A stretch of DNA of 64,000 bases from Nitrospirota bacterium (lineage in GTDB: Bacteria; Nitrospirota; UBA9217): assembly GCA_963749655.1 (NCBI GenBank), contig CAVVOB010000013.1, positions 96,001 through 160,000 of the forward strand, in the 5' to 3' direction. Made by a program: the position numbers and the translations under genes. The notes under the pieces were generated by a model. It saw only the letters and a list, made by a program, of their open reading frames with translations, ran no database searches and had not been told where the DNA came from. Positions 20,851-31,492 of the stretch are shown here, piece by piece. Positions within the stretch are counted from its first letter, which is position 1. Each line of letters opens with the position of its first letter.

Positions 20851-21025
20851 AGAAAACCATTTGGTGCGATGAGGTGTAATGCTTACTTAGACAACGCTTC
20901 TGCGCTTCCCCTTGCTCTCTTTTTTCAAGGGGGGCTTTTCCCCGAAACAAGCAGCCGTTCTGCATTTTCCCGTTCAACAGCCGAAGCGTTTTTCCGAAGT
21001 TCCTGTCGTCAACTCTTATCTCGAA

Positions 21026-21328
21026 CTACCTTCCCTTGTTTCGGTCGAATGCGCCCCGGCTGCCGGCATGACCGCGGTCCCGCTGGGGTCGCGCTTCGTT
21101 TACCGTGATCTCCCGGTCCATGACCCTCGTGCCGTTCATCGTTGCGATGGCCTTGTCGGCATCTTCGTCGTTCGCCATTTCCACAAACCCGAAACCCCTC
21201 GATCTCCCGGTGGCGCCGTCGGTGACTATCTTGCTGGACTGCACTTCTCCGATTGCAGCAAAGACCTCTCTGAGGCTGTCCTCAGTCATTTGATAGGACA
21301 GGTTCCCTACATACAGTTTCTTCGCCAT
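21026..21328 (-). CDS. RRM-domain RNA-binding protein
   Basis: RNP2 LYVGNL, RNP1 RGFGFVEM, VNEARP; AAGGAGG RBS. Confidence 0.95.
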   Translation of the reverse strand: MAKKLYVGNLSYQMTEDSLREVFAAIGEVQSSKIVTDGATGRSRGFGFVEMANDEDADKAIATMNGTRVMDREITVNEARPQRDRGHAGSRGAFDRNKGR

Positions 21329-21462
21329 ATATCCCTCCTTGGATTTGACATGCTGATTTTGCTGCCCCCGTCACGGTCAGGTGCAGGATCTTCCCTCCGA
21401 CGGGCGCTGCAGAGGTGATGACGACCGATTGCCGGGCTCCGTCGGGGTCTATCGTCCGGCTG

Positions 21463-21508
21463 AAAAAATAAAAAAGACTGCAACCGTCTAACCGGTATTG
21501 TGCAGTCT
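21463..21508 (-). terminator. Intrinsic terminator between der and the RRM gene
   Basis: Minus strand AGACTGCA...ACCG GTTAG ACGGT TGCAGTCT followed by TTTTTATTTTTT. Confidence 0.7.
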
Positions 21509-21567
21509 GGCAAGCTACGCAAGTGGATTCTTCAACTATGCTTTTATGATACCATAGAAGCGCGACG

Positions 21568-22936
21568 TCAGCGAATTTTTTTGTGTTTCCTGCTTTTGGC
21601 GGGAGTCCGTTCTTCTCTCCGGCGCTTGGCGAAAATGCGTATCGGCGTTCCCGAGAATCCGAAGGCCTTGCGAAGCGTATTCTCCATGTAGCGGAGGTAA
21701 GAAAAATGGACGCCGTCGGGATAATTGACAAAAGCGATGAACGTCGGCGGTTTGATCCCGACCTGGGTGAAATAGTAGTACTTCACCCGTTTCCCGCGGT
21801 AGAGGGGGGGCTCATGGGCTGCCACCATGCCCTCGAATACGCGGTTCAGCTCGGCGGTGGGAACCCTCTTTTCAGCCTCCTCGATCGTACGGTCGATTTC
21901 CTCGAAGATTGTCGTGATCCTCTGGCGCGTTTTGGCCGAGAGGGTGATGATAGGGGCATAGTCGGCGAATTTGAGCCGCTGCCGGACCTCGAACATGAAC
22001 TTCTTGAAGGCCTCCTCCTTGTCCTGCACCAGGTCCCACTTGTTCAAAATGAGAATGAGGCCCTTGCCCTCCTCGTGCACAAGCCCCGCGATGCGTTCAT
22101 CCTGCTCGGTGATCCCTTCCTCGGCGTCGATCAGCACGAGCGCGACGTCTGCACGGGAAAGGCCCTTGACCGCCCGCATCACGCTGTATTTTTCCACTCC
22201 CTGACTGATCTTGCCCCGGCTCCGGATGCCGGCAGTGTCCACGAGGATGTATTTTTTGCCGTAGTACTGGTACACACTGTCAACGGCGTCCCGCGTCGTG
22301 CCTGCAACGGGGCTTACGATCATGCGGTCCTCGCCGATCAGTGCATTCACGAACGATGATTTCCCGACATTCGGCCTGCCGATGATTGCGATCCGCGGGA
22401 TCGCGACAGCCGCACCCTCTTCCGGCTGCGGCGCCTGCGCCGGCCACAGGCGGACGAGTTCGTCCATGAGATCGGAGAACCCGGCGCCGTGCTTGGCCGA
22501 CAGGGTGAACAGCGCATCGGTGCCGAGGCGGTAAAAGTCCGGGATGAGCCCCTCGTGCCGGGTCCCATCCACCTTGTTCACGGCGTAGATCACCGGTTTT
22601 CCCGAGGCCCGAAGCCGATGGGATACCTCTATGTCCGCCGGAAGCAGCCCTTCCTGGCCGTCCATGAGAAAGATGATGATAATCCGCCTCCTCGATGGCA
22701 AGGGTCGTCTGTTCCCGCATCTTGGAGTACATGGGATCCACGGTCTCAGGCTCGAAGCCTCCCGTGTCGATGAGCAAAAAACGCCTGTCCATCCATTTGG
22801 CTTCCGCGTAATTGCGGTCACGGGTGACACCGGGGATGTCCTCGACAATGGCGAAGTTCCTGCCGATGATCCGGTTGAACAGCGTGGACTTGCCCACATT
22901 GGGCCTGCCCACTATGGCGACGACTGGTTTTGGCAT
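21568..22936 (-). CDS. der: Ribosome biogenesis GTPase Der/EngA (one +1 frameshift near 22681)
   Basis: Two GRPNVGKS G-domains, DTGG/DTAG, NKVD/NKWD, KH-like C-terminus; extra T in GCGGATTATCATCATC. Confidence 0.95.
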
Positions 22937-23149
22937 GGTCAATTCTGCATCAAGAGTATACGCTGCTTCTGCGCAGGAGGTGTTAACGGCAGGTCGCCCG
23001 GTCTGAACCTGGATCCCGGAGCGCGATGCCTTCCTGCGGCGCGTGGAACATGTACTATAGCATTATTATCCGCGGCAGTTCAAGAAAAAACCTTGCGAAC
23101 CCCTGTTTTTTATGTTATTTTTCTACGTTCTTACCTTCAAGGAGGCTCT

Positions 23150-23668
23150 ATGCGGAGAAATGCCGTGCTGGCAGCGTGCGTGCTCGTTCTTGTCGCAACC
23201 CCCGTGTGGGCGGATTTTTACCGGTGGGTGGACCGGGATGGCAAGGAATTTTTCACGAACGACATGAAGCAGGTGCCGCAGGAATACCGGAGCACCGTGA
23301 CCGTGGTAAAGCCCGACGAGTCGCGCGTCGTCACCGAGAGCCGGCCTTCCGCGCCCGGTGACCGCCGGGCAGGAGCACCGCATAAGGACAAGTACGGCAG
23401 AGGAGAGGAATACTGGAGCAAGCGCGCCGCGAATATCCGCCTCAAACTCAGGGACCAGCAGGACGAGCTTGCTCTTGTTCGGAACCGCATCGACGAACAG
23501 GAAAAAAAGCCGAAGAAGCCGAACAGCAAGAACAAGACGCTTGCAAGCCTCGAAAAGAAGAAGACGAAGCTCGAGAAGGATATAGCGAAAACAAGGCGCC
23601 GGCTGGAAGTCGACCTCCCCGAGGAAGCGCGTAAGGCTGACGCCTATCCCGGATGGATCAGGGAATAA
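23150..23668 (+). CDS. DUF4124-type exported protein with coiled coil
   Basis: AAGGAGG RBS, signal peptide, FYRWVDRDGKEFFTND..VP.EYR, C-terminal EEARKA..PGWIRE. Confidence 0.82.
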   Translation: MRRNAVLAACVLVLVATPVWADFYRWVDRDGKEFFTNDMKQVPQEYRSTVTVVKPDESRVVTESRPSAPGDRRAGAPHKDKYGRGEEYWSKRAANIRLKLRDQQDELALVRNRIDEQEKKPKKPNSKNKTLASLEKKKTKLEKDIAKTRRRLEVDLPEEARKADAYPGWIRE

Positions 23669-23817
23669 CTCCGGACTTTTTCATACGGCTGGGAGCCCGG
23701 GCGCCGGCGCTCCGGACATGACCCCGAAAACCACATTTCGCTCAGTAAAGGATGTGGTAAACTTCAAAGCAGACGCCGTTTTCCCCTTCCGCGGCGGAAA
23801 ACCGAAGAAAGCTCACC

Positions 23818-24492
23818 ATGAAAAAGATCATTATGGCGGAAACCGTGCTGCGCGACGTCGGGCAGAGCCACACCCTGTTCGGCAGGGGGGGCATCACAAT
23901 GATTCCCGCCCGCTCGTCGGAGGAGATCCTGGACCTCCACCGGTCGGAAAAGGCAGACTTGATCGTAACCGATGTCGATCTGCCGGTCATGGGCGGCGCG
24001 CGACTGTGCGCCTTCATCCGCAGCGATGCGGCGCTGAAGGACGTGTCGCTGGTCATGGTCTGCGACGGAACCGATCAGTCCCGGCTGCGGTGCCAGCAGG
24101 CGGGAGCGAACACTATTCTGACAAAGCCGGTCGACCCCTTCGAGCTTTTCTCCCGCATATCGGAACTGCTCATCATCCCCCAGCGCCAGAGCATGCGGGC
24201 CGTGCTTCAGGTTTCCGTATCCGGGAAGGAGACAGGGGCGCCCTTTGTCGGGGTTTCGCACAACATCAGCATCTCCGGCATGCTCATTGAAGCAAAACAG
24301 GAGCTTTCGACAGGCGATCGGCTCGCCTGCACCATGACCATCGCGGGCCGTGAGATCGTCGTGGAATGCGAAATCGTCAGGGCTGAAGGAACGCCGAAAG
24401 GGCGCTTCCGATACGGCGTTAAATTCATCAATCCGGACATGAAATCATTGATCATCATCGAGCAGGTCGTCAAGGGAAACATCAAACACTGA
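23818..24492 (+). CDS. Receiver + PilZ domain protein
   Basis: DLIVTDVDLPVMGG, ILTKP; PilZ RQSMR and NISISG; YGVKF. Confidence 0.88.
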   Translation: MKKIIMAETVLRDVGQSHTLFGRGGITMIPARSSEEILDLHRSEKADLIVTDVDLPVMGGARLCAFIRSDAALKDVSLVMVCDGTDQSRLRCQQAGANTILTKPVDPFELFSRISELLIIPQRQSMRAVLQVSVSGKETGAPFVGVSHNISISGMLIEAKQELSTGDRLACTMTIAGREIVVECEIVRAEGTPKGRFRYGVKFINPDMKSLIIIEQVVKGNIKH

Positions 24493-24528
24493 CAGATACG
24501 CTGACGCAATCGTTGCGGAGGAACGTCT

Positions 24529-27004
24529 TTGGAAGAACGGTACGATTTTAAAAAAGTGGAAGAACGCTGGCAGCGGTCCTGGGCGGAACAGAAGACCTTC
24601 AAGGTGACGGAGGACCCGTCGAGGCCGAAATACTACTGTCTGGAGATGTTCCCCTACCCGTCGGGCCGGATCCACATGGGCCACGTGCGGAATTACGCCA
24701 TCGGCGACGTGGTCTCGCGCTACAAACGGATGCGCGGCTTCAACGTGCTCCACCCCATGGGCTGGGACTCCTTCGGCCTGCCGGCGGAGAACGCGGCGAT
24801 CAAACACAACATCCATCCCGCGAAGTGGACCCTGGAGAACATCGCCTTCATGCGCGACAAACAGCTCAAGCGGCTCGGCCTCTCCTACGACTGGGACCGC
24901 GAGGTGACCACCTGCCTCGAGGAGTACTACCGCTGGAACCAGTGGTTCTTCGTCAAGATGTACGAGCGGGGACTCGCCTACAAGAAGCTCTCCTACGTGA
25001 ACTGGTGCCCGTCGTGCAATACGGTGCTCGCAAACGAGCAGGTCGAGGACGGCCTGTGCTGGCGCTGCAGCTCCGTGGTGCACGCACAAGGAGCTCGAAC
25101 AGTGGTTCTTCAAGATCACCGCCTATGCCGAGGAACTGCTGGCGCACACCGACAAGCTCACGGGCTGGCCCGAGCGCGTGCTCACGATGCAGCGGAACTG
25201 GATCGGCAAGTCCGTGGGCGTCGAAGTGGACTTCCTCGTCGAGGGCAGCGGGGAGAAGCTCACGATCTTCACTACGCGCCCGGACACGCTCTACGGCGTG
25301 ACCTTCATGAGCATCGCGCCGGAGCATCCCATGCTGGAAACGCTCATCAAGGGAAAGAAGGAGGCCGACGAGGTCCGCTCCTTCGTGCAGCGCGTCATGC
25401 GGCAGGACAAGGCGGCGCGGACCGATGAAACGCAGGAAAAGGAAGGCATCTTCACCGGCGCCTATGCCGTCAATCCCCTGAACAACGAAAAGGTGCCGGT
25501 CTGGGTCGCCAACTTCGTGCTCATGGAATACGGGACCGGCGCGATCATGTCCGTGCCGTCCCACGACCAGCGCGACTTCGAGTTCGCGAAGAAATACGGA
25601 CTCCCGATCCGCGTCGTGATCCAGAACGCTGAAAAGAACCTCGATTCTGCGACGATGAAGGAAGCCTATGTCGACGAGGGGACGATGGTGAACTCCGGCC
25701 CCTTCGACGGCACGCCGAATGGGAAGGGCAAAGAAGACAGTCGCCGATTACGTGGAACAGAAGAAGATCGGCAAGCGGACCGTGAACTTGCGGCTCCGCG
25801 ACTGGGGCATCTCGCGCCAGCGCTACTGGGGCACGCCGATCCCGATCATGTACTGCGAGAAGTGCGGCACCGTGCCGGTCCCCGAAAAAGACCTGCCTGT
25901 GCAGCTGCCGACGGACGTGGAGTTCACCGGCAAGGGCCGGTCGCCCCTGGCGGAATCGAAGTCCTTCCGTGAAACGACCTGCCCCACCTGCGGCGGAAAA
26001 GCCCGGCGCGAGACGGACACGATGGACACCTTCGTGGACTCGTCCTGGTATTTCCTCCGCTACTGCTCGCCCCGGAACGACAAGGCGCCCTTCGACAAAA
26101 AAGCCGCCGGCTACTGGATGAGCGTTGACCAGTACATCGGCGGCATCGAGCACGCCGTGCTCCACCTGCTCTATGCGCGGTTCTTCACCAAGGTGATCCG
26201 CGACCTGGGGCTCTTCGACGGCGACGAGCCGTTCCTGAACCTGCTGACCCAGGGCATGGTGATCAAGGACGGGGCCAAGATGAGCAAGTCGAAGGGCAAT
26301 GTCGTGGACCCCGATTTCATTCTTACGAAGTACGGGGCCGATACGGCGCGCCTCTTCTCTCTTTTTGCCGCGCCGCCGGAGCGCGACCTGGACTGGAGCG
26401 ACCAGGGCGTGGACGGCGCCTACCGGTTCCTGCACCGCGTCTGGGCCATCGTGTACAAGCACAGCGAGGCGGTCGGGAGCATGAAGCCTGCCGGCCCCGA
26501 GGCCCGCGGGGACAGGCTCTACCGCAAGACCCACCTCACGATCAAGAAGGTGACCGAGGACATCGAGCGGGAGTTTCATTTCAACACGGCCATTGCGGCG
26601 CTCATGGAGATGGTGAACGAAATGTACGATTACACCTCAAGCGGCGTCACGGACAACGCAGCTGCCTGTGCTTCGCTCGGCCATCGACGCGCTCACGCTC
26701 CTCATTTCTCCTTTTGCTCCGCACTTTGCCGAGGAACTGTGGGAGTCTCTCGGCAACAGGACGAGCATTGCGAATGCGAAGTGGCCGGAGTATGACCCCG
26801 CGGCGATCGTGGCAACGGAGATTACGGTCGTGGTCCAGGTGAACGGCAAGGTCAGGAGCAAGCTCACTCTTCCGGCCGGAACGCCGGACAAGGACATCGA
26901 AGCAGCGGCGCTGTGCCGACCCCAAAGTGAAGGAGTTCACGAACGGGAAACAGCCGAAGAAGGTCATCGTGGTTCAGGGTAAACTCGTGAACGTGGTGGT
27001 ATAG
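24529..27004 (+). CDS. leuS: Leucine--tRNA ligase (four +1 frameshifts near 25080, 25730, 26657, 26913)
   Basis: [46 protein letters not shown]-terminal KLVNVVV*; TTG start. Confidence 0.96.
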
Positions 27005-27038
27005 CGAATGCGGAATGCGGAATGCGGAATGCGGAATG
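27005..27038 (+). repeat. Tandem heptamer (GAATGCG)n directly after the leuS stop
   Basis: CGAATGCGGAATGCGGAATGCGGAATGCGGAATG. Confidence 0.85.
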
Positions 27039-27562
27039 GAAACCTGAGGCGCATGGTTTGTGCGGCGTTTGTCCTTTTGCTGCTTTCCTCCTGCGGCTAT
27101 CACTTTACGCCCGTGGGCGGCGTCGTGCCCGAAAACGCAAAGACCATCGCGATCCCCGTATTTATCAATGACTCGCTGGAACCTTACGCGGATGTCGAGG
27201 TCACGAAAGCGGTAGTGGAGGCGTTCCTGACCGATGCGAGGCTGCAGGTCGTGAGCCCCGAATCGGCGGACCTTATCCTGCGCGGGCGGATTACGAAGTT
27301 TACGCTGACGCCGCTGTCCTATACGACCGATGCGTATGTCCAGCAGTATCAGATCGGCATTAGCGTGGACGTGAGCGTCGAGGATGCACGATCGAAGAAG
27401 ATCCTGTGGCAGGAAGCGGGACTGAACACGATCTTTTCATCATATTACTCAGTGACCATGGGCGATATTACGACAACGAAGATCGCCAGGGAAACAGCTT
27501 TAAAGAGCGCCTGCAGCGACATCGCCTCCACGATCCGCAGCAGGGTGCTGGAAGGGTTCTAG
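27029..27562 (+). CDS. lptE: LPS-assembly lipoprotein LptE
   Basis: Lipobox LSSC-GY, KTIAIPVF, ADLILRG; leuS-lptE-holA synteny. Start 27008, 27029 or 27053. Confidence 0.88.
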   Translation: MRNGNLRRMVCAAFVLLLLSSCGYHFTPVGGVVPENAKTIAIPVFINDSLEPYADVEVTKAVVEAFLTDARLQVVSPESADLILRGRITKFTLTPLSYTTDAYVQQYQIGISVDVSVEDARSKKILWQEAGLNTIFSSYYSVTMGDITTTKIARETALKSACSDIASTIRSRVLEGF

Positions 27563-27663
27563 ACGCATAGTGCAGAGCGCATGGCGCATGGTGTAAAACG
27601 GATACAGCGCACAGCTTCTCCGTCTTTTTTTGCCCCATGCTCTCTGCGCCATGCCCTGTGCGC
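27563..27663. repeat. Heptamer-based inverted-repeat element
   Basis: CGCATAG TGCAGAG CGCATGG CGCATGG ... CCATGCT CTCTGCG CCATGCC CTGTGCG. Confidence 0.75.
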
Positions 27664-27674
27664 AGCTTTATTTT

Positions 27675-28682
27675 ATGCTTAAATACGCCGACCTCATATC
27701 AGGCCTCAAACAGCGCAAGGTCCTGCCGCTTTACCTTTTTTTCGGCGAAGAGGAATTTCTCATCCGGGAAGCACTCGAGCTCCTCATTGAAACGGTCGTG
27801 GACCCGGGAGCGCGCGACTTCAATTTCAACACCCTCTATTGCCGCGACACCCCCGCCCACGACATCGTCAATCTGGCCCAGACACTCCCGTTCATGGCGG
27901 AGAAGCGGCTCGTCATTGCCAGGGAGGTCGATGCGTGGAAAGCCGGCGACCTCGAAGAACTGCTGCCCTACCTCAAGGACCCGTCCCCGAGCACCTGCCT
28001 CGCGCTGGTCTCGAACCAGGCGCGGTACGATAAAAAAGCGGTTGTCTCGGCCGTCGAGGCCAACGGCGGCGTGGTCCGGTTCTTTCCGCTTCTGGACCGC
28101 GAGATCATCGGATGGATCAACGGCTGGGCAAAGGGCCGCGGCATCGTCCTGCAAACTGAGGCGGCGCACTATCTCTGGCAGACGATCGGCAATGAGCTTC
28201 AGGCGCTCGGCAACGAGCTCCAGAAAGTGGAGATCTATGCCAAGGGGAAAAAGACCATTACACTCGATGATATGAAGACCGTGGTGGGTGATTTCCGGGA
28301 ATACACGTCCTTTGACCTTGCCGCTGCACTGGGCCAGAAGAACCGGGACCGGGCTTTTCTCATCCTGTCCCGGCTGCTGCAGGAGGGTGAGCAGCCCGTG
28401 GGGCTCCTGGGCGCCGTAGCATGGAACTTCAGGAGGCTGCTGCAGGCAAAGAGCCTGGAAGCGTCGGGACTCGGCAGCGATGAGGTCATGAAAAAACTGA
28501 GGATCGTTTTTCACCAGGCCGGTCTGTTCAAGGAGCAGATGAGGCGGTACCGGCAGGATGAATTGAGGGGCGCCCTGAGCGTCCTGCTGTCAACAGACCG
28601 GGCACTCAAATCGGGTGGGTTGAACGGGAAATTGGTCCTGGAACGGATGATCCTGAAGCTATGCGGGGGGAGTGACGCATAG
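27675..28682 (+). CDS. holA: DNA polymerase III subunit delta
   Basis: LYLFFGEEEFL, DFNF, TLPFMAEKRLV, NELQK, DRALKS. Confidence 0.92.
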   Translation: MLKYADLISGLKQRKVLPLYLFFGEEEFLIREALELLIETVVDPGARDFNFNTLYCRDTPAHDIVNLAQTLPFMAEKRLVIAREVDAWKAGDLEELLPYLKDPSPSTCLALVSNQARYDKKAVVSAVEANGGVVRFFPLLDREIIGWINGWAKGRGIVLQTEAAHYLWQTIGNELQALGNELQKVEIYAKGKKTITLDDMKTVVGDFREYTSFDLAAALGQKNRDRAFLILSRLLQEGEQPVGLLGAVAWNFRRLLQAKSLEASGLGSDEVMKKLRIVFHQAGLFKEQMRRYRQDELRGALSVLLSTDRALKSGGLNGKLVLERMILKLCGGSDA

Positions 28683-28738
28683 GGCAGGGAGCAGAGGGCA
28701 AAGTGAAGCTCTTTCCCCTATGCGCTATGCCCTTTGCC
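28676..28738. repeat. Heptamer-based inverted-repeat element overlapping the holA stop
   Basis: GCATAGG GCAGGGA GCAGAGG GCAAAG ... CCTATGC GCTATGC CCTTTGC. Confidence 0.7.
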
Positions 28739-28751
28739 GCAGCACATGATA

Positions 28752-29021
28752 TCAGGCGGTCTTGACCTTGCCCGCCCTTTTCGACAGGCGAGAGATCTTC
28801 CTGGAAGCGGTTTTCTTGTGCACGAACCCCTGCGATGCGGCCTTGTTAAAGGCTTTCATGGCCTTGGTCAGGGCATCCTTGGCTTCGCCTGCATTGTTGG
28901 CTGCGGCAGCCTGTTCTACTTTCTTGGCAGCTGTCTTGAGCGCTGATTTCACGGATTTATTCACAAGATGCTGCTTATCTGCCTGTCTCTGCCTTTTGAT
29001 GACGGATTTGTGTATTGCCAC
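28752..29021 (-). CDS. rpsT: 30S ribosomal protein S20
   Basis: HKSVIKRQRQ, NKSVKS, KAASQGFVHKKTASRKISRL; GGAGG RBS, GTG start. Confidence 0.95.
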   Translation of the reverse strand: MAIHKSVIKRQRQADKQHLVNKSVKSALKTAAKKVEQAAAANNAGEAKDALTKAMKAFNKAASQGFVHKKTASRKISRLSKRAGKVKTA

Positions 29022-29056
29022 TTCTTGCCTCCTTGTAATTTAAAAACAGTTCATTC

Positions 29057-29085
29057 TTTTAACACAAAGGGCCGCTAAGTGTCAA
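29057..29085 (-). promoter_or_regulatory. sigma70-type promoter for rpsT
   Basis: Minus strand TTGACA, 17-18 nt spacer ending TGTG, then (T)TAAAAA. Confidence 0.55.
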
Positions 29086-29158
29086 GAAAAAAACCTTTTC
29101 TTGGCGCCTGTTTTCTGTTACAGTGTCCCCTTATTTCCCGTACGTGAGGAGAAACGGC

Positions 29159-30736
29159 ATGTCTGAGAAAGTCAAGGTTGCGAAGGCTGCGGGCGTTGTG
29201 GGCCTTGCCACCCTTGCCAGCAGGCTGATGGGCTATATGCGCGACGTGGTGATGTCCTGGGCCTTCGGCACCGGACTCGCGGCCGATGCCTTCTACGTCG
29301 CCTACCGCATCCCGAACCTTCTCCGGGAGCTCCTCGCCGAAGGGTCCATGTCCGCGGCCTTCATTCCGGTTTTTTCCGAGACCCTGGCCAAGGAATCGAA
29401 GGAAAGCGCCCGGCACCTCGCCAATGCCGTGTTCGCGCGGCTCCTGGTCATTCTCGTTATCATCACCGGCCTCGGCATTCTGTTCGCGCCCTACGTGGTC
29501 AAGGTGGTCGCCTGGGGGTGGGCGTACAATGCCGAGCATGCCAAGTACGTCCTCGGGGTCACGCTTACCAGGATGATGTTCCCCTACCTGTTGTTCATCG
29601 GCCTTGCCGCGCTTGCCATGGGCATGCTGAACTCTCTCCGCTCCTTCCTCATGCCGGCACTGTCGCCGGTCATGCTCAACATCATGGTCATAACTGCGGT
29701 GGTTCTCAGCATGCGGTATCTTTCAGAACCGATCATGGGAGTGGCGGCAGGGGTCGTGCTCGGCGGCGTGTGCCAGTTTCTCGTCCAGATACCGGGGCTC
29801 AGAAAACAGGGAATGATGATCCGGCCGCAATTCACGCCGACCCATCCCGGAGTCAGAAAGGTCGGCGCCCTGGCAGTGCCTATTTTCATCAGCTCCTCGG
29901 TGAGCCAGATCAACATATTCATGGGCACGATCTTCGCGTCCTTTCTGGCGACCGGCAGCATCACCTATCTTTTCTACGGCATGCGGTTCATTCATTTTCC
30001 GCTCGGCATCTTCGGGATCGCCATAGCAACGGCCGTGCTCCCGACCATGGCGACGCAGGCGGCCCGGAACGAAATCGAAGACTTCCGCGACACGCTTTCG
30101 CTGGGTCTGCGCCTCGTCTTCTTCATCATGTTTCCGGCGATGGCGGGCCTCATCACGCTCCGGGTCCCGATCGTGAACCTCCTGCTCGAGCACGGCCAGT
30201 TCGACCGCATATCCACCCAGGGAACGGCAATAGCCATTCTCTACTATGCCGTCGGTCTCTGGTCCTTTGCCGGCGTGCGGATCGTGGCCCAGGCGTTCTA
30301 TGCGCTCCAGGACACGAAAACGCCGGTCAAGGTCGCCGTGGTGTGCCTCATCGCCAATATCCTGATGAGCGCCGCGTTCATCGTCTGGACGCCGCTGAAC
30401 CACGGCGGACTTGCCCTTGCTAATTCGCTGGCATCTGCTCTCAACATCGGACTCCTGACCGTGCAGCTGCGGAAAAAGATCGGCCGCATGGACGGCGGCC
30501 GGATACTGAAGTCAATGATCAAGATCGTCATCGCGTCCGTCGCCATGGCCGCGGTCGGCTGGTGGGTCAGCAAGAATCCCGTATGGCTGCTGACGGGGAA
30601 CACTCTGTATAAAGCCGAGCTCCTGGCCGGTGGGATGTTCGCCAGCGCGCTCTTCTATATCGTCGCGATGTGGATCATGAGGAGCGAGGAGCTGCAGTTC
30701 CTCTGGGGGATGGCGCGGAGAAGAAAGCAGGGATGA
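29159..30736 (+). CDS. murJ: Lipid II flippase MurJ (MviN)
   Basis: SRLMGYMRD, ADAF, RIPNLLRELLAEG.MSAAFIP, FYALQDTKTPV. Confidence 0.96.
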   Translation: MSEKVKVAKAAGVVGLATLASRLMGYMRDVVMSWAFGTGLAADAFYVAYRIPNLLRELLAEGSMSAAFIPVFSETLAKESKESARHLANAVFARLLVILVIITGLGILFAPYVVKVVAWGWAYNAEHAKYVLGVTLTRMMFPYLLFIGLAALAMGMLNSLRSFLMPALSPVMLNIMVITAVVLSMRYLSEPIMGVAAGVVLGGVCQFLVQIPGLRKQGMMIRPQFTPTHPGVRKVGALAVPIFISSSVSQINIFMGTIFASFLATGSITYLFYGMRFIHFPLGIFGIAIATAVLPTMATQAARNEIEDFRDTLSLGLRLVFFIMFPAMAGLITLRVPIVNLLLEHGQFDRISTQGTAIAILYYAVGLWSFAGVRIVAQAFYALQDTKTPVKVAVVCLIANILMSAAFIVWTPLNHGGLALANSLASALNIGLLTVQLRKKIGRMDGGRILKSMIKIVIASVAMAAVGWWVSKNPVWLLTGNTLYKAELLAGGMFASALFYIVAMWIMRSEELQFLWGMARRRKQG

Positions 30737-30853
30737 TTCTGAATGCGGAATGGGGAATAAAAAATCGTCACAAGGGTCAAGTAGCAAGGGGGGATGCCAC
30801 TCCTTGCTACATGCAACTTGCTACTTCGCTACTTTCTTTAAGGATAAAAGGAC

Positions 30854-31492
30854 ATGGTTCTCATTCGACTGGTGGTCGGACCGCTGCAGGTGAACTGCTT
30901 CATTCTCGCCGACGACAAAACAAAAGAAGCGGTGGTCATCGACCCCGGCGACGACGGGCAGGACATACTGAAGGTCGTCAGAGACCGGGAGTTCAAGGTA
31001 AAATACATCGTGAATACCCATGCCCATTTCGACCATGTGGGTGCGAACAGGGCTGTCAGGGAGGCCACCGGCGCCGAACTGCTGCTCCATGAAGGCGATG
31101 CACAGCTGCTGACCGAGGCGCCCCGGCAGGCCCGCTCTTTCGGCATCCAGGCAGCGCAGCCGCTCCCTGCGGACCGGTATGTCAAACAGGGCGATGTCAT
31201 CAGGGCGGGAGAGGTCGCTCTCACGGTCCTGCATACGCCCGGCCACTCGCCCGGCGGCATCAGCCTGCTCGAGCAGGGTATGGTGTTCACGGGCGACGCC
31301 CTTTTTGCCGGGTCCATCGGCAGGACGGACCTGGAGGGAGGGGACCTTATGACCCTCATCAAGGGCATCAAAACCAATCTTATGACCCTGCCCGATGATA
31401 CGAAAGTCTTTCCCGGCCACGGTCCGGCATCGACGATCGGAGAGGAAAGGCGGGAAAACCCGTTTTTGAACGCCCAGTCGGGGTTTGAATAG
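30854..31492 (+). CDS. MBL-fold metallo-hydrolase (YcbL/glyoxalase II-like)
   Basis: THAHFDHVG, HTPGHSPG, GDALF, PGHG. Confidence 0.92.
   Translation: MVLIRLVVGPLQVNCFILADDKTKEAVVIDPGDDGQDILKVVRDREFKVKYIVNTHAHFDHVGANRAVREATGAELLLHEGDAQLLTEAPRQARSFGIQAAQPLPADRYVKQGDVIRAGEVALTVLHTPGHSPGGISLLEQGMVFTGDALFAGSIGRTDLEGGDLMTLIKGIKTNLMTLPDDTKVFPGHGPASTIGEERRENPFLNAQSGFE

Noticed and set aside
22950-23050. SRP RNA or 6S RNA
   Set aside because: It lacks the SRP CAGG-x-GGAA-x-AGCAG arrangement and the 6S length and central bubble. Kept only as an unexplained hairpin.
24529-27004. leuS as a pseudogene, split gene or programmed-frameshift gene
   Set aside because: All four breaks are isolated single extra bases with no slippery site or decay, and the same pattern occurs in folC and der. 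Assembly error is the simpler explanation.
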